DNA of 62,992 nt, counting the filler, from Basidioascus undulatus (taxonomy: Eukaryota): assembly GCA_000826855.1 (NCBI GenBank). It is 3 parts of 3 records of this genome, joined end to end, with 100 filler letters (N's around TTAATTAATTAA, not from the genome) between each part and the next. Parts side by side here need not be neighbours in the genome. Positions count along the whole stretch, not along the records: positions 1 to 20,945 come from JTLS01000353.1; 2 more parts are not named here. One strand, 5' to 3'. The number at the start of each line of letters is the position of its first letter. Positions within the stretch are counted from its first letter, which is position 1. The notes beneath the pieces are model-generated. The model was not told where the DNA came from. It worked only from the letters and a program-made list of their open reading frames with translations, and ran no database searches. The translations under genes were made by a program, and so were the position numbers. This document shows, one piece after another, positions 1 to 13,552 of the stretch.

Positions 1-3000
1 GAGGGGTTGGGGGGGATCGGTTTGGATGAGGGGGTCGGGCGCAGCGCTGGGGAGAGGCAGCGCGAAGAGGGGGAGAGGGGGAGGGAGCTCGTTGAGGTGC
101 GGTTTTTCTTGTTTCTTCGCTCAAGTTTCGCGAGGGAGAAGCTGATGAATGCGGGGGATGCACAGCGCCACGACGCCCTCAAGTCCCGTCTTGCCGCGCT
201 CGATTTCGTCTACTCCGACCCGTCGCCGAACTTCGACCGCGCAAAGGTCAAAGGGCTCGTGGTAAACCTGATCGAGCTCGCGCCTGAGAACGCAAAGTAC
301 GCGACTGCCCTGGAGGTCGCTGCTGGGGGGAGGCTTTACAACGTGCGTGTTGGACCCTCTCTCCCGACTACTGGAGGGGACGAATTCAGCCAGGAAGGAA
401 GGAAGGAATGCGATGCTGACCAAGAGAGAGAGGGACAGGTCGTCACCGAAGACGAGAAGGTCTCGTCGGCGCTGCTCGAGCATGGACGCCTCCGGAAGCG
501 CGTTACTTTCATCCCGCTCAACAAGATTCGGCCGTCGAAACTCGCTCCTGCTGTGCGTCTTTTTCAGTCTCAGTGCGAAAAAGCAATGATTTACCGTCGC
601 CATTCGATCATTGCAGAAACTCGCCGCCGCACAGAAGCTCGCTCCGGGCAAGGTGCGCGACGCGCTTTCCCTCGTCGGGTCCGACCCATCCGTGCGCGCC
701 GCGATGGAGTACGTCTTTGGCGAATGCCTGATCTGCGACGACGCGGAGACGGCGAGCAAGGTGACGTTCGACCCGCGCATCCGCACGCGCTCCGTCACGC
801 TCTCGGGCGACGTATACGACCCCTCGGGCACGCTCTCGGGCGGGTCTGCCCCCTCCGGCGGGGGCGTTCTCGTCAAGGCGCAGGAGGTCCGCGCCGTCGA
901 GCGCGAGCTCCGCGACGCGCAGGCGAAGCTTAAGGAGGTCCGCAGGGAGCTGGACGGGCACAAGAAGGCGGAGGCGGAGTGGAGGAGGATCAGGAGGGAG
1001 CTCGATCTGAAGCTCCACCAGGTCGGGCTGCTCGAGGAGCAGGTGGGCGCGAGCAACGCTACGAGGGTGAGTCTTCCGTTCCCTTATGCTGCCATGGTGG
1101 GGCCTAGACTGAACGTGCGGCGGGTTCGGGCAGATCATCGCCGAGATCGAGGAGCTCAAGAAGTCGCTGCTGGAGGTGGACGAGGCGACGCGCGCGGCGC
1201 AGGCGCAGGAGGAGAAGGCCAAGGCGGACGTGGTCCAGCTCGAGCGCGAGATGGACGAGTTCAAGAACAACCGCGGCGCGAAGCTCGAGGAGCTCAAGCG
1301 CGACATTGCGCGCATGCGCAAGGACGTCGCGCGCCAGACCGCGAGCGTCAAGAGCGGCCAGAAGGAGGTGCAGACTGCTGAGCTGGAGCTCGGTGCGTCC
1401 TCGCGTTTGGGGTTCGGAGTTGGGGGAAGATAGGGTAAAGATACTGATTGGCCAAGGCGGTGCGCGGCGACAGAGCAAATGGTCAAGGACATTGAGGCGG
1501 CTGTCGCGGAGGTCGAGGAGGCCAAGGAGGCGCTCGAGGCGAGCCGTGCAGAGCTGGAGGCGTTCTTGGGCGAGATTGCAGAGAAGCAGGTGCGTTGCTG
1601 TCTCACGAGGGAGAGCGAAGCTGGGCAAGAAGCTTCTGACCCTTCAATGTACCCCTGCAGAAATCGCTCGACCAAGCGGAGGCGAAGCTTAATAAGGAGC
1701 GCGCGCAGCTCGACACGTTCGCGGAGGAGCTGTCCGCGCTCGAGGACGCGATCAGCACGCACCGCTCGCAGATCAAGAACGCCGAGACGGACCTCAAGGC
1801 CGTCGAGCACGACGTCGCGGAGGCGCTCAAGCAAGCCAAGGCGCACGCGAACGCCCGCGTCGCGCTGGAGAACCAGTATTCTTGGATTGAGGAGGAAAAG
1901 GAGTGCGTTGGGGTCTTCCCTTCCGTGTGGCGAAAAAAAGAAGCGGAAAGTGCTGATGATTGGGTCCTTGGGCGGCGATGGAACAGGTTCTTTGGCCAGC
2001 CAGACACGCCGTACGACTTTACGGGCATCAACATCAAGCAGGCGAGCAAGCAGCGCGCGGAGCTCGCCGACCAGCAGAAGAGCAAGAAGAACAAGATCAA
2101 CGCGAAGGTCATGACGATGATCGACACGTGCGTGGACGCGCTGTCTTCTCTTGCTGAGAGGAATGAACACGGGCTGATTTGGCACGGGATGGGATGGTCC
2201 GGACGGACAGCGTCGAGAAGCGCGAGCAAGCGCTCAAGAAGATGATGTCGACCGTCCTGGGCGACAAGGAGAAGATCGAGGACACGATTGCGGAGCTCGA
2301 CCGCTACAAGCGCGACGCGCTGCACAAGACGTGGGAGAAGGTCAACAAGTGGGTCTTCTCCTCCGTTCCCTCTCGCGCGCCGGCGCCGGCGACCGCACGA
2401 CTGACCCCGCGCTCCGCAGGGACTTTGGCGAGATCTTCGCCGAACTCCTTCCCGGCAACTTCGCCAAGCTCGAGCCGTCCGAGGGGAAGGACCTCACGGA
2501 GGGCCTCGAGGTCAAGGTCCGCTTGGGGAGCGTGTGGAAGGCGAGCTTGACCGAGCTGTCGGGTGGTCAACGGTACGTTCTCCCTTTCTCCCTCGCATGC
2601 GTTCCCGGACTCGATTGATTTATTTGGATGGATGATTACCAGCTCCCTCATCGCCCTGTCGCTCATCATGAGCCTGCTCCAATTCCGCCCGGCGCCGATG
2701 TACATCCTCGACGAGATCGACGCGGCGCTGGATCTGAGCCACACGCAGGTACGTCCCGTCACTCACTCTGCAATGTTTCTTCGTGACTGCGCCCATGTGA
2801 TGCTGACTGACTTGGTCGTCGCTGCAGCACATCGGCCACCTCTTCCGGAACCGGTTCTCGGGCAGCCAGTTCATCGTCGTCTCGCTGAAGGAAGGGTATG
2901 TCGCTTCTGCACCCTCTGCCTCTCAGCGCCCGTCGCGTTGCTCACTAAAATCCTTGATCACGCAGCTTGTTCACAAACGCCAACGTCCTCTTCCGCGCTC

Positions 3001-3238
3001 GCTTCAGGGACGGCACGTCGCTCGTCGAGGTGCGATCTTCCTCTTCCCGTTCACTCTCGCCTTCGAGTCGTCCACGATGCTGATGCACACCTCTTCATAC
3101 GGTCAGCGCACCGAAACTCGTTCGATGCAGAACTCGCACCGGTCCGCGCTCGACAAGAGCAATGCGACCGCAGGTAGCAGCAGGGCAGGCAGCAGCAGGG
3201 CAGGCGCCCGCCGCCCCGCCGCGGCTGCAGCTGCCTAG
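1..3238 (+). CDS. SMC2: Condensin subunit SMC2, 5'-truncated by the window, multi-exon
   Basis: Hinge motifs ([52 protein letters not shown]), a long coiled coil, ABC signature [13 protein letters not shown] and Walker B/D-loop [20 protein letters not shown]. Stop TAG at 3236-3238. Confidence 0.96.
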
Positions 3239-3799
3239 TTAGGGGTCTGCTTGTTCGGATCGGATTCTCTCTCTGTTTAATAATGGAAGTTGCAGGAAAT
3301 TTCGTGTTGTAATCAGCTCGTTTCGCGTCGGCAGTATTGGCCGCTGTACCCCTTCGCTTTTCCATCTCATTTTGTCTTGCGCTGTAACCGTCAGCATCAT
3401 CATATGCTGGGCGGGATTTCTTATACATGTGTTTGCTGAGCGGTCCCCAGCCCAACTTTCTAGTCGGAACGGGCACCAGCGATTGGGGCCGACGGGCGAC
3501 GGGCCAGCCCGCTTGCCTCTGGGTAAGGGGGATTGGTGGCTCGCAGCCCCAGAGTCACTTCACCATCAGTTTACGACACTGTACGATCAGGTTTTAAGAA
3601 CGTTTAAAGGTTCTTACGACAATCTCATCTGCTGTGTGCCGGAGGAGCTACGCGAACAGGCGAGTGCTTTGCTTTAGGTTTACCTTTGACTATGCGATCA
3701 GCTCGGAAGACGATCGTGTTGACACTGTCGATGCTGGTCTGTAGCCCGACTCCTCCACCGTGCGTAGTTGAGCTCCGTGGTGGGCGGGACTGCCGTTCC

Positions 3800-5993
3800 G
3801 ATGGAGATATCAAATGGCTCCAAAGTCCTGAAGATGAGCTTAGATGATGACGGAGCGGGCTGGGTGTGTGATTCTGTCTATCTCGTACACGCCCGCATGC
3901 TGATCATGACCTGGAACACGTTCAGTACTGGGACCTGCACACCCAATTCGCGAATTATCCTCTGACTCGCGGGCACCCGGTGCGGTTGCTCCGTTAGTTA
4001 TGCACGCGAAACTGGCTTACACTCCATGCCTCAGTATGCTCTCGTCGTACCGTACTGCGACGTCCGGCTCGAGTAAGCTCCTCCCTCTTGACACCTGGTG
4101 CCGATCCTGGACTGACTGATACCTTTCCAATGAAGACCGCCTCCAGCCTAGCCGAACAAGCTATTCGAAGGTCTCAAGTTCTGGATCGGCTTACGCCGCA
4201 AGTCCCACTCGATGTCGCTGTGGAGCGCAGAATTCCGCATCTGTATGGCCTGGCTTATCGAAGGCTTCGGAGGCGAGGTGACCGAAAAGTTGACGCGCGA
4301 TGCGACGTACGCTGTGGGCGTTACGCTCCCTGAATGGGTATGTGCATTCGAGAACTCTCTCAGGTGGGTGAGAAGCCATCTGGTTAACGCTTTGGTGTGC
4401 TTGGCTGAGCAGGCGACGCTGGACTACGCCGTGGCAGATGAAGAGCTCCTCACCTTCGGCAGAATCAAAGCTATAACGCCAAATTGTTGAGTTTCAAATG
4501 TATCACTATTACTGAAGCGATGCAAATAGCAGGATACAAGCCTGCGTCGACGCTGGCCGCCGAGTAGCGGTCCGCCCCTTTCTCTACGATGGCCATCGGC
4601 TGCCCGTGGTCATGGCCGGTCTCGACCAAGCCGGCGCCTGGTCGAAAACCACCCAGGATCGCCTGGAATGCTTCACCCGCATGGCGATGTTTCGCCACGT
4701 CGGCCCTGATCCCTTTCCTGATCTCGTGCGCGTTAAAAACGGCCGCGTTCGACGGGTCGTGCGCTGTCGGGCAAGGCACGTTTTTCTCAGTAATGAATGG
4801 AGGAGCGGTGATTATTTACGAGAGACGCTGCGGGGGATGATCATCCGCGAAGGAGGCGTTCTCGTAGGATCGAACAACATGAAGGGGAACTGGGATAAGG
4901 AGGGTGTCGACGTAGTCGTCGTGCTGAAGCGGCGTGCTGGAGAGGTTTATGTCAAAGTGCGAAGATCGTCTTTATTCTTTGTTCCCAGCAGACTGACGCA
5001 CTACGTTCAGTGCAGGCTGCCCGAGCACAGAAGCCGATTGGCACTCTGCCGTGGCTGATCGCTGTTCTCACATCTCCCGCTCCACCCTGCCCCCTCCCCG
5101 ACCCCAAATCTCTCGCGCTGCACTACCCGAGGCCATCAGAACCACAGCCGCTCTTCCACATCGCTGTCTCGATCGCCGGCATCCTTCGGAAGGCGGAGCT
5201 CTGCGCATACGTCCGAGACCTCGTCCACGTTCTGGGCGGCCGAGTGAATGTGCACTGGTCCGGCCATCTGGCGGTTTGCGTTGCGTATGTTGTCCGCCAT
5301 TCCCCTTTGGCAGGAACTCACTGACGCGGCGTGGAGTAGGTGCATCACGCGCGGCGACCTCCACGAGATCCTCGACAATAACCTCGTGCCGGTTTCCGTC
5401 CCGTTCCTCGAACAGTCACTCCTGCAATGGAGAAGGCTCGATCCGTCGATGGGACTTGGTTCAGTGATCAGCTCCCGCAGGATTGGGAGAGACGAGTGCC
5501 GTGCGGACGAGGTCGCCCTGCGGTCGATGGCCTCCGCGGTCGGTGGTGGATCTCGAAACCGGTACGCTGTTTCCTTTGGGTTCTTGACTGCCCAGTGCTG
5601 AACCGAACCGCCATGCGCTCAGGCCCGAAGCTACCGCAGTTGGTGGCTGTCGTTACTTGTAATGGCTCCGAAAACAATGCGATCCATATTTTGCGCATTG
5701 CGAGTGGCGTGCAGTCGCTACAGCTGGACATCAATCTGAGATCAGTACCGCCCACGCAGAAGAAATGTTCTAAAGTGCGCAGTCGTGAGCGAGTGAGCGA
5801 GCGCCTCAGCGACTTGTCGTGCCAACACTTGTCGCCCGCCATGAGATTCATGGATATCGGGACGTCAGCTCGAGAATATATGCTGTTGAAAATCACGTTA
5901 CATGTCAAGAACTCAAGAACTTTGATGCATGCTCTAAAGTCCAGCTACGCCTCTCGGGAGGGCATGTGTCCGTCAGCTAACCGGCTGTCCTAG
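3800..5993 (+). CDS. Multi-BRCT protein resembling the N-terminal region of Brc1/Rtt107; both ends approximate
   Basis: Spliced exons give BRCT-like segments: PNKLFEGLKFWIG...LIEGFGGEVTEKLTRDATYAV; LRGMIIREGGVLV...RRAGEVYVK|AARAQKPIGTLPWL...LHYPRP; YVRDLVHVLGGRV...VSVPFLEQSLLQW. Confidence 0.62.
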
Positions 5994-6155
5994 AAAGGCC
6001 GCTCAGAGTACAGCTATTATGTATCTATTGCGGAGGAGTCTAATTATATTTGTAACATAAGGAACAAGGAAAGTTATATGGCTCTAATGGTGGCGTCCTG
6101 CCAAAAAGTCCAAGAAAGAACGAAAGAAAAGAAGGCGACGAGCATGCGCGCACGC

Positions 6156-9100
6156 TCACTTGTAGAGCGGGCGGATGCGCACGAGCCTGCAGTAAATGAG
6201 GATGAGCACAGCCTTTTCAGATGCTCGACGATCCAGTTGACTTACCACGTCACTGCGTAAATGGCTGCAACGTTGCTGACAACGAACATAATGAAAATGC
6301 CTGAGTTCCACGAATAGTGAGTAAATGCTGCAGCCGCATAACTCTCGCCCGCAGGATTGTACATACCCCAGTCCCTCCAGCGATGGTCGTAAGAGTATCC
6401 AAGTACGGACATGTAGTCGGCGCCGGAGCTCATCTGGCAGTAGCCGCAGTTGGACCTCGCATCGGGGTTTACGAGGTACCCGGGGGCTTTGGCGAGGAAG
6501 GCTGCCGCGTAGTCGGCGCAGGTGCGGTCTGCACAAGAGGAAAGTGAGTAGAGTCAGTTCAGTATTCCTCTCGGGCCGAATGTATGGGGAAACGCACTGG
6601 CAGGGGTGTTGAACCTCGTCAACTCGTCGTCCGCGCAGCGGACAGCGAGGGGGGCGATCTGGTCCGACATGAGCGCGCCGAATGCCCAGCTATCCCGTCC
6701 GTCCGACCAACGAAAACAAATCAGTGAAATGAAAGGGTGGAGGGAAGGCGTGGAAGGGAGGGAGAGCGCACCGAATAGGCGAGATCCAGTAGAAGAAGGA
6801 CTTGAAGGGCTGGACCATGGTCGGGTGCGGGACGAGCGCGCCGGAGAGGGAGTTGTAGACTGGTTTGTGGACGCAAGTATCAGTACCCTCCTCTCCCGGT
6901 TTATGGCTTTTGAAACAAAACCCCGGGCATACTGTTCCAGATGAGAGAAAGGATAAACGGAACTGCGAAGCCGGTGGGTGAAACGGCGCCGAGCAGCTAC
7001 AAGCGTTAAAGGAAATGAGGGGACTGTGCTGCGTCATTCCAGTCGAAGGAGATGAGGCTCACCGTGCCGGAAGTGCTCGTGAAGAACGCGAAGACCATCC
7101 ATGTCAGCCTAAACAAGGCGGTGATTCGTTAGCCTCGGGTTGAAGGTGCGTGGAGGTGGCAAGAAGGGAAGGGAACGAACCAGGACAGACCGCCGACCTG
7201 CGCGCCGGAGCTGAGGCCCATGGTCCAGTAGCTGCAGAAGAACAGCAGCGTGTAGGTAATTATGATAATCGGGAGCTGTATAATTGATCAGAAAAACTAT
7301 CAGTCGCAGAGGAGTGACAAGAGGGGGCGGGAGGGGGGAGCGCGACGGACCTCGACAATGAGCAGCGCCGTGACAAGTGCCGGCCAGCCATAGATGCCAT
7401 TGCGCTCGCGGGCGACCTGTGCGCGGGTCGGTCGGGCAGCGGGTTGAGAAAGCGGGAGGGATGAGAGGAGGTGGGGTTGGGAGGAGGAGAGACGTACGAA
7501 GATGTCCATCTTGTGCTGGTAGTAGAAGGCAATGTCAAGCATGAGCGGCGGGGACGACTGCGCGAGGGTGAGCAGGCCCAGGCTGAGCGCTTGCACGCCG
7601 ACGACGGTAGGGGTAAGCTTGTAGTTGACTGTTTAAAAAGAAGGAAGGTTCAGTTTCAGTGTTGATTTGGTTGTGAGGTGTTGGGGATACGAACAGAAGC
7701 CAATGAACATCTGTGCGGTACAGAGAAAATCAGCCGCTTATCCGAAATTGCAGTAGTAAGTGGGAACTCGACACACTCCGAAAAACACGCCAGTAACCAA
7801 CTTCGTAGTATAATACGGTCCGTCCCTCCATTGCGCGCGGAAGTTCCTCCTGACAAGCTCCATCGTCTGGGCCGAGAAGGGCATGGCGAACGCAGGGGCG
7901 TCGCCCGCGCCCTCGGACGCTGCCGCAGCGCTGTTGTGCGACCGCGCACTGATCGACTCGATCGAGGTGAGAAGCGCAGACGCCTCGGGAGACTGCTTCC
8001 ACAGCCCCGGCCAATCGATTGTAGTTCCGCCCACGGGCGCGACGGTGGAGATGATGTGCTCGGCGGGGTTGGCGTTGGGGGCGGCGGGAGCACTAAGGGA
8101 GGATGGGCAGTGTGGGGAGGCCCTGCGGATCTGAGATAGTGTAAGGGAAATGGAAAGCCTACCCGTGACGTGCGAAGTAGCTGTGGGTCGAAGGATCAAC
8201 TCCACTTCCGTTTCTTTGTAGGGGAATAGACGCACCTGTTAACAGTCTCGGCGTTGGTGCCGGTCGGACCAGCGTAGACGGTCTTACCGCCAGGCGCCAG
8301 AAGGACGACAGCGTCGAACATCTAAAGATCGCAGGTAAGCCGGCTGTTAAGATGAAGGGCTCGCTTGCACGTTACCTCGAAGAGATCACCCGACGGTTGG
8401 TGGACTGCGCGACGCAAGGGGAGACCGGTTGATTAGATGCAAGTTCGGGATGCAGTGTAGGGAAATACCGCACTCGTGCACAGCACTGCCAGACCGGAAG
8501 CAGCGATCTTGCGGAGGAAACGGACGATTTCGTAGGCGGCTTGTGAGTCCAGACCTGCGTACCCGAAAAGTCAGGACATGCAGGACTCGCTGAAAGGCGA
8601 GATAATGACGTACCGGAAGTGGCTAGTTGCAAATGGGGAAATGTCAACAAGACATGCAGCGAAAAACTTTCCAGGGCGCACTCACGTTCGTCAAGGAACA
8701 GCAGCTGTAGTGAGGATGCTACAATCAGCTCGTTTTCTCGGGGAACTAGCAGATGCAAGTACGCACGAAATCAGGCTTTGCAGCCAACTCAACACCGATC
8801 GTCAGGCGCTTGCGCTCCTCAACGCCCAGGCCGCCCACTTCCGCGTTGCCGACGACTGCGTCCGCGATAGGCTGCAGTTCGAGAAGCTCGATGACCTGCT
8901 CCGCGTACGCGAGCTTCTCCTCGCGCGGGATGCTCTTGTCCTGACGGAGGATGGCGCTGAACTGAAGACACTCGCGGACACTACAGGGGAATGCAATCAG
9001 AACAAAACGGCTGGGAAGAGCAAATAGAGATGTACGTGGAGAACGGCTCGTGGATGTCGCCTGTGACAAGAGAGATAAGGTTGTACACGCAATTTCTCGC

Positions 9101-12100
9101 TTGCTTGGAAAGACATACCTTGCTGCACGAAACCTGTACGGCGACCGAAGGTCGCGTCTAGTGGAGCGCCGTCGACGAGGATCTGACCCTCGACCTTGCC
9201 TGTCGTTTTCCGTTGAGAGATCGTGTCGAGCAAGGTCGTCTTTCCAGCACCTTGTAGAACAAAAAGAACAAGATTCAGCGCATTTGCAAAAAGGGAGCAG
9301 CAAACAGACGAAACTGACCCGACGCGCCCATGAGCGCAGTAAGCTTGCCTGGTTGGACGATTCCATTGACGCCGTCCTGTAAAGAGGCAGCGGGTCAGAG
9401 AGATTTTATGGACGAAGTCGGGCGGAAGAAAACGAGGCGCACCAGCAACACCTTGTCCTTTCCGTCGACCTGCACCGTGTACCGCACTTCCTTGAACGTG
9501 AAAGCGCTGGCATTGACGAGACGCTTCTCGGCCTCCTCGTCGACAGCTTCTTCGGCCTGCTTGTTTACGTCTGTCTTCTCGCTCTGCTTCTCCACAGCGA
9601 CGACCTGTGCGCCGCGCTTGAACAGCTTCGAAGACGAGGAACCCGTGTCCTTGATGATAATCGTGCTGCCGAGGACGACCATGAACGCATAGATGACGAA
9701 CCTGTTCAAACATCTGTTAATGTGCCAATTCTAGAATCTTGTGAGCCGCGCTGGGACGTACATTGCCCAGAGGATGCCGACGTTGCGCCAAATGTTACCA
9801 ACAAGGTAGCCGTATTTCAGGTCGAGCTATTGTAAAGACCTGAGCTCTGTGATATAAACATGGAGGAAGAGCCGACTCACATAAGTCGAGCCAGGAACGT
9901 CGCGTTGCCCAGGCTGCCCGCCAGTGATGGTGCAGGCTTGGTATGCCAGATCGCCATAGCCCTGTTAGCCGTGATTAGCGGCGTATTGCAAAATTAGGAA
10001 GGAAGCGAACATGTACAGGGCCAGAGGGGACCAGGTCGGTGTCACTGCAGGTAAGGGTGCGCGTCCGGAACTCGTTGGCCAAGAGCGTCTCAAGGGCGTA
10101 CGCAGCCGGACCTATTCGCCAGGCATGAGCGATCCAGCTGTAAGTGCAAAAACGTTTCAACTTACTGAAGCGACGCATCCATGAGGCCCACCCAACTACA
10201 GCAGATCGTTAGCTACACCATGATCAAGTCGAACCGGAGTGAGAAAGCGTACGCTGTGACGGCTCGGGCAGCATGAAGCCTGCGACAGTCAGGATAGTAG
10301 CGAGAGCCAATCCACCGAATCTGACTGCCACAGAAAGCTGCGTAGCAACCCCAGTCAGTAGGTCAACGACGGGAAGCCGGGTGTGAAGGAAAGTAAGATA
10401 TTGGGCGCACGTTGGGAGACCAAGACCCTGAACATCAAGACAGATACTTTCGTCAACGAGTGGCGAAGAGAAGCGCTCAGAACCATAAAAAGTGCGCACC
10501 GATCATGCGGTACCTGCAGCAGCGCATTCAGAAGTCATTACTCTGCGACATCCGAAGACGTGGTTCTGTGCACTCACATGACGCTGACAGTCATGTATGT
10601 CGTGAAGACAATGAACCAGAAAGTGAAGAAGTATTTCGCGCCAGCATTGAGACCGATTCTGAGTGCGGAAACGTTAGCGAAGTAACTGGGCCGATAAGCT
10701 GCGGCGTGGCTGACGCACAGGAAGTAGAAAATGGCGCTGAAGAGGAGGGTCTGCAAAGCGTATAGCGGAGTGTCGATGAGCTAGAAACGGGTTAAGGACG
10801 ATCAGCTGGGGCTGAGACCGAATTTTCAGTCAGGTGCGTACCATCTGCGAGATGGTCTGAGCAGCGGGGGTGTAGAACCCGAGCTTGCGGTGCTTGATCA
10901 GGAGTGGACGAGCGTTGACGGTCTATTTTGACACCTGTGGTCAGTTTATAGTATCTGATATGAGTGCATTGTCGAAATCACCGTCGGCACCTCGCCTGGA
11001 GCGTGGCAGTGAGTTAAGGTCAGCACACCGAAGTCAAGGCAAGGGAGACAGCGAGGCAGTGCGCACCGAAACTGAAGATCACGAAGCTGAAGACGGGAAT
11101 TGTAAGACCGAGCGGCCTTCAATGTTTAGCAGAAGCAGCGCCGCGACTTACTAAAGAATTGCGAAGAACACCGCTCCAGCAGTCGCGAAGCTACCAGATG
11201 CATTTGCAGCGGGCTTGAAGACTGCGGAGACCAGCGAAGATGAGCCATCTGCAGACAATAACGGGCAATGTGCGAGGGACGTACAGATAGCGCCGACGAT
11301 GGTGGCCTGGAGCGCGTTTGAACCGATGCGGATGAAGAACGTCGGAAGGTCCGCCTTGGTGAGCTTCACCTGGCGCTTGGTCAACGCCCAGACCTGCGAG
11401 AAGAAGTTGTGCTTGTATGGGTTGCCGCGGCCCGTGAGCAGGTGCTTGCTTGCTGCGACGGACTGGCGGAAAGAGTCCGCGTTGGGCGCGGTCGCGTGGA
11501 AGTCCTGAACGAGCGGGGCAGTTGCCTTATTAGCGAATGCTTTTCAATTGATCTCCAAAGCAAACGCCTACCTTGTAGGTCTTGATCTCCCCCTGCAACT
11601 TCGCGTAGTACCGGCTCGAGCGGAAGTAGGCTGCCATTTCGGCAGGAGTGTGGGGCACCGGGCCGTTATGGTCCTGGAGGCAAGGGTTACTTTCGATGAG
11701 CTTTAGGATGATTGACCGGTGAAGTTACTGTACTCACAGGCCGAACGGTCCGCTCTGTAGGGCTTGTGACAGAGGTCAGGAAGTCCGGGGTCCTGCAGCG
11801 GCGGCGAACATGGTCAGTGACGGATCAGCTTGACCTGAATGGAGACAACTTGCGTTTGCCGAGGCTTCTTGTGCCAACCCTGCTCGATGAAGAACGGCTC
11901 GGCGTCTTCCGCACGACCCTGATCACGGTGTATAGAATTGAATCAACTGGAGCAGCTAGTAAGAGTTTGTAGGGGATTTATAGCTTACCGAAAAGACCAT
12001 CTCGCCTTCGTAGATGACCAAGACGCGGTCGAAGCACGTCGCGTACATCTCGTCCGACGCTTGGTACTGTGGGGCCTACATGAGCTTCGAGTGGGTACCG

Positions 12101-13552
12101 GGAAGGTCAAGAAAAACAATTACAATCGAAACGATCTGCAGGTTGATGAATTGTGTCAGTTAAGAAAACCCGATCTCTTCAACACTGGGTTACGTACGTT
12201 TGTCATCCCGGTGGACAGCGACAGCTCCTTCAGCAGTTTCAGGTAATGCAGTGCGACAGCGGAGTCAAGACCACGGATCGCTGTAAACGCAGAATTAGTC
12301 GATTATTGACCGGGAATCGGCTGGAACGACTTACAGTTGTCCCAACAGATCAAGGCACCGTTCGTGGTGAGCATCTCAGAAAGCGACACCCGCTTCCGCT
12401 CGCCGCCAGAAACTCTGAAAAAGAAAATGTATCAGCTTGAGGTGGGGAAGGAGAGCAACTGGCCATGGGCTTTGTTTCCACTCACCCGCGCATGAACTCG
12501 TTGCCGACCTTCGTCCGACGGGTGTGGGGCATGCCGAACGCGTTGAGCAAGCGGGTAGTCAGGTCCTCGACGAACGTCTTGCGGTGGACAGGCTGGTCGA
12601 GGCTGCGGGGCTTCTTGAGGGTCTGTTACTTGTGAGATAGATTAGACAAGCTCAGGTGCGGTAATCCATAGTAAGAATGTCACAGACCAATGCGGTGTCC
12701 AGTGTCTAAGCAGGGCCGCGGACAGAAGTGAGCAAGCTGCGGCGAGTACTTCCACACTGCACAAGAAAACGTACCTGTTCAACGGTGAGGATTGCAGTGT
12801 GGATATCTTCCTCATTGTTAAAAACGATGTCCCCGCGGTAGTACTTGTACGCCTCGTCGGCGGAGATATTCGAGTACTGCACGTTGCCGTCGATGCGGGC
12901 GAAGGGGGCGCGCTCGTTGGCGAGCGCCCGTACTGCGTAGTGCACAAGGTCAATCCGACGCGGCAAGAGCGCCGCTGAAGAAATAAACGTACATAAGGTG
13001 GAGCAGCCTGCACCGGGACGACCGAGGACAAGCATGGTCTCGCCCGCAGGAACGACACCGTCGAAGTTGGCTGGATGGGCAGATTGGATGAGCTCTCCAT
13101 CTCTTTCAAGCGTGAGGGTTAAAAACGGGGGACGAACAGATGATAGGGCGGGTGGGACCCCACTTGATATTGGCAAGCTTGCGAATGAATCTGAAGATAT
13201 CCCACATCTGCTCACGGGGGACACCGCGTTCCAACGTTTAACGAACGTTCAGAGGTGTCGAGAAGCAACGTGAACGCACTCTCAAAAGCGAAATTTCCAG
13301 GCCTTCAACCGTGGCTCGCGTGGCCCCGGTGCCGAGGACAGTGAGATCGTCGAACGCGACCCCGACCGAATGGAAGCCCGCATCGAGCAGAGGAATGGTG
13401 CCAGGCTCCGCGAAGAGCTGCTGAGGAGCGACTTCGCGATTGAGAGCCTTTTCGTCCCCGTCCTTGGGGAGTCCGCCCACGGGCGTGTTGGTCACGGTCC
13501 GGTCGAGGGGGTCGATCTCGAACTCGTCACTCGAAGGAGCCCCTGAAGACAT
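6156..13552 (-). CDS. Full-size PDR/ABCG multidrug transporter (NBD-TMD)2, very intron-rich
   Basis: Starts MSSGAPSSDEF at 13552. NBD1 has GETMLVLGRPGAGCST and VSGGERKRVS. NBD2 has GAGKTTLLD and LGVEERKRLTIGVELAAKP. TMD motifs include ARERNGIYGW and YSYDHRWRDW. Last exon LVRIRPLYK* ends at 6156. Confidence 0.95.

Noticed and set aside
608..2185. 525-aa minus-strand ORF and many similar long antisense ORFs (e.g. 30124-31050, 44217-45425, 58404-59564)
   Set aside because: These are shadow frames of high-GC3 coding exons on the opposite strand and have no independent motifs.
1..5993. SMC2 next to a BRCT gene as a chromosome-maintenance cluster
   Set aside because: Rtt107/Brc1 partners are Smc5/6, Slx4 and Mms22 rather than condensin. 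Adjacency alone is not evidence.
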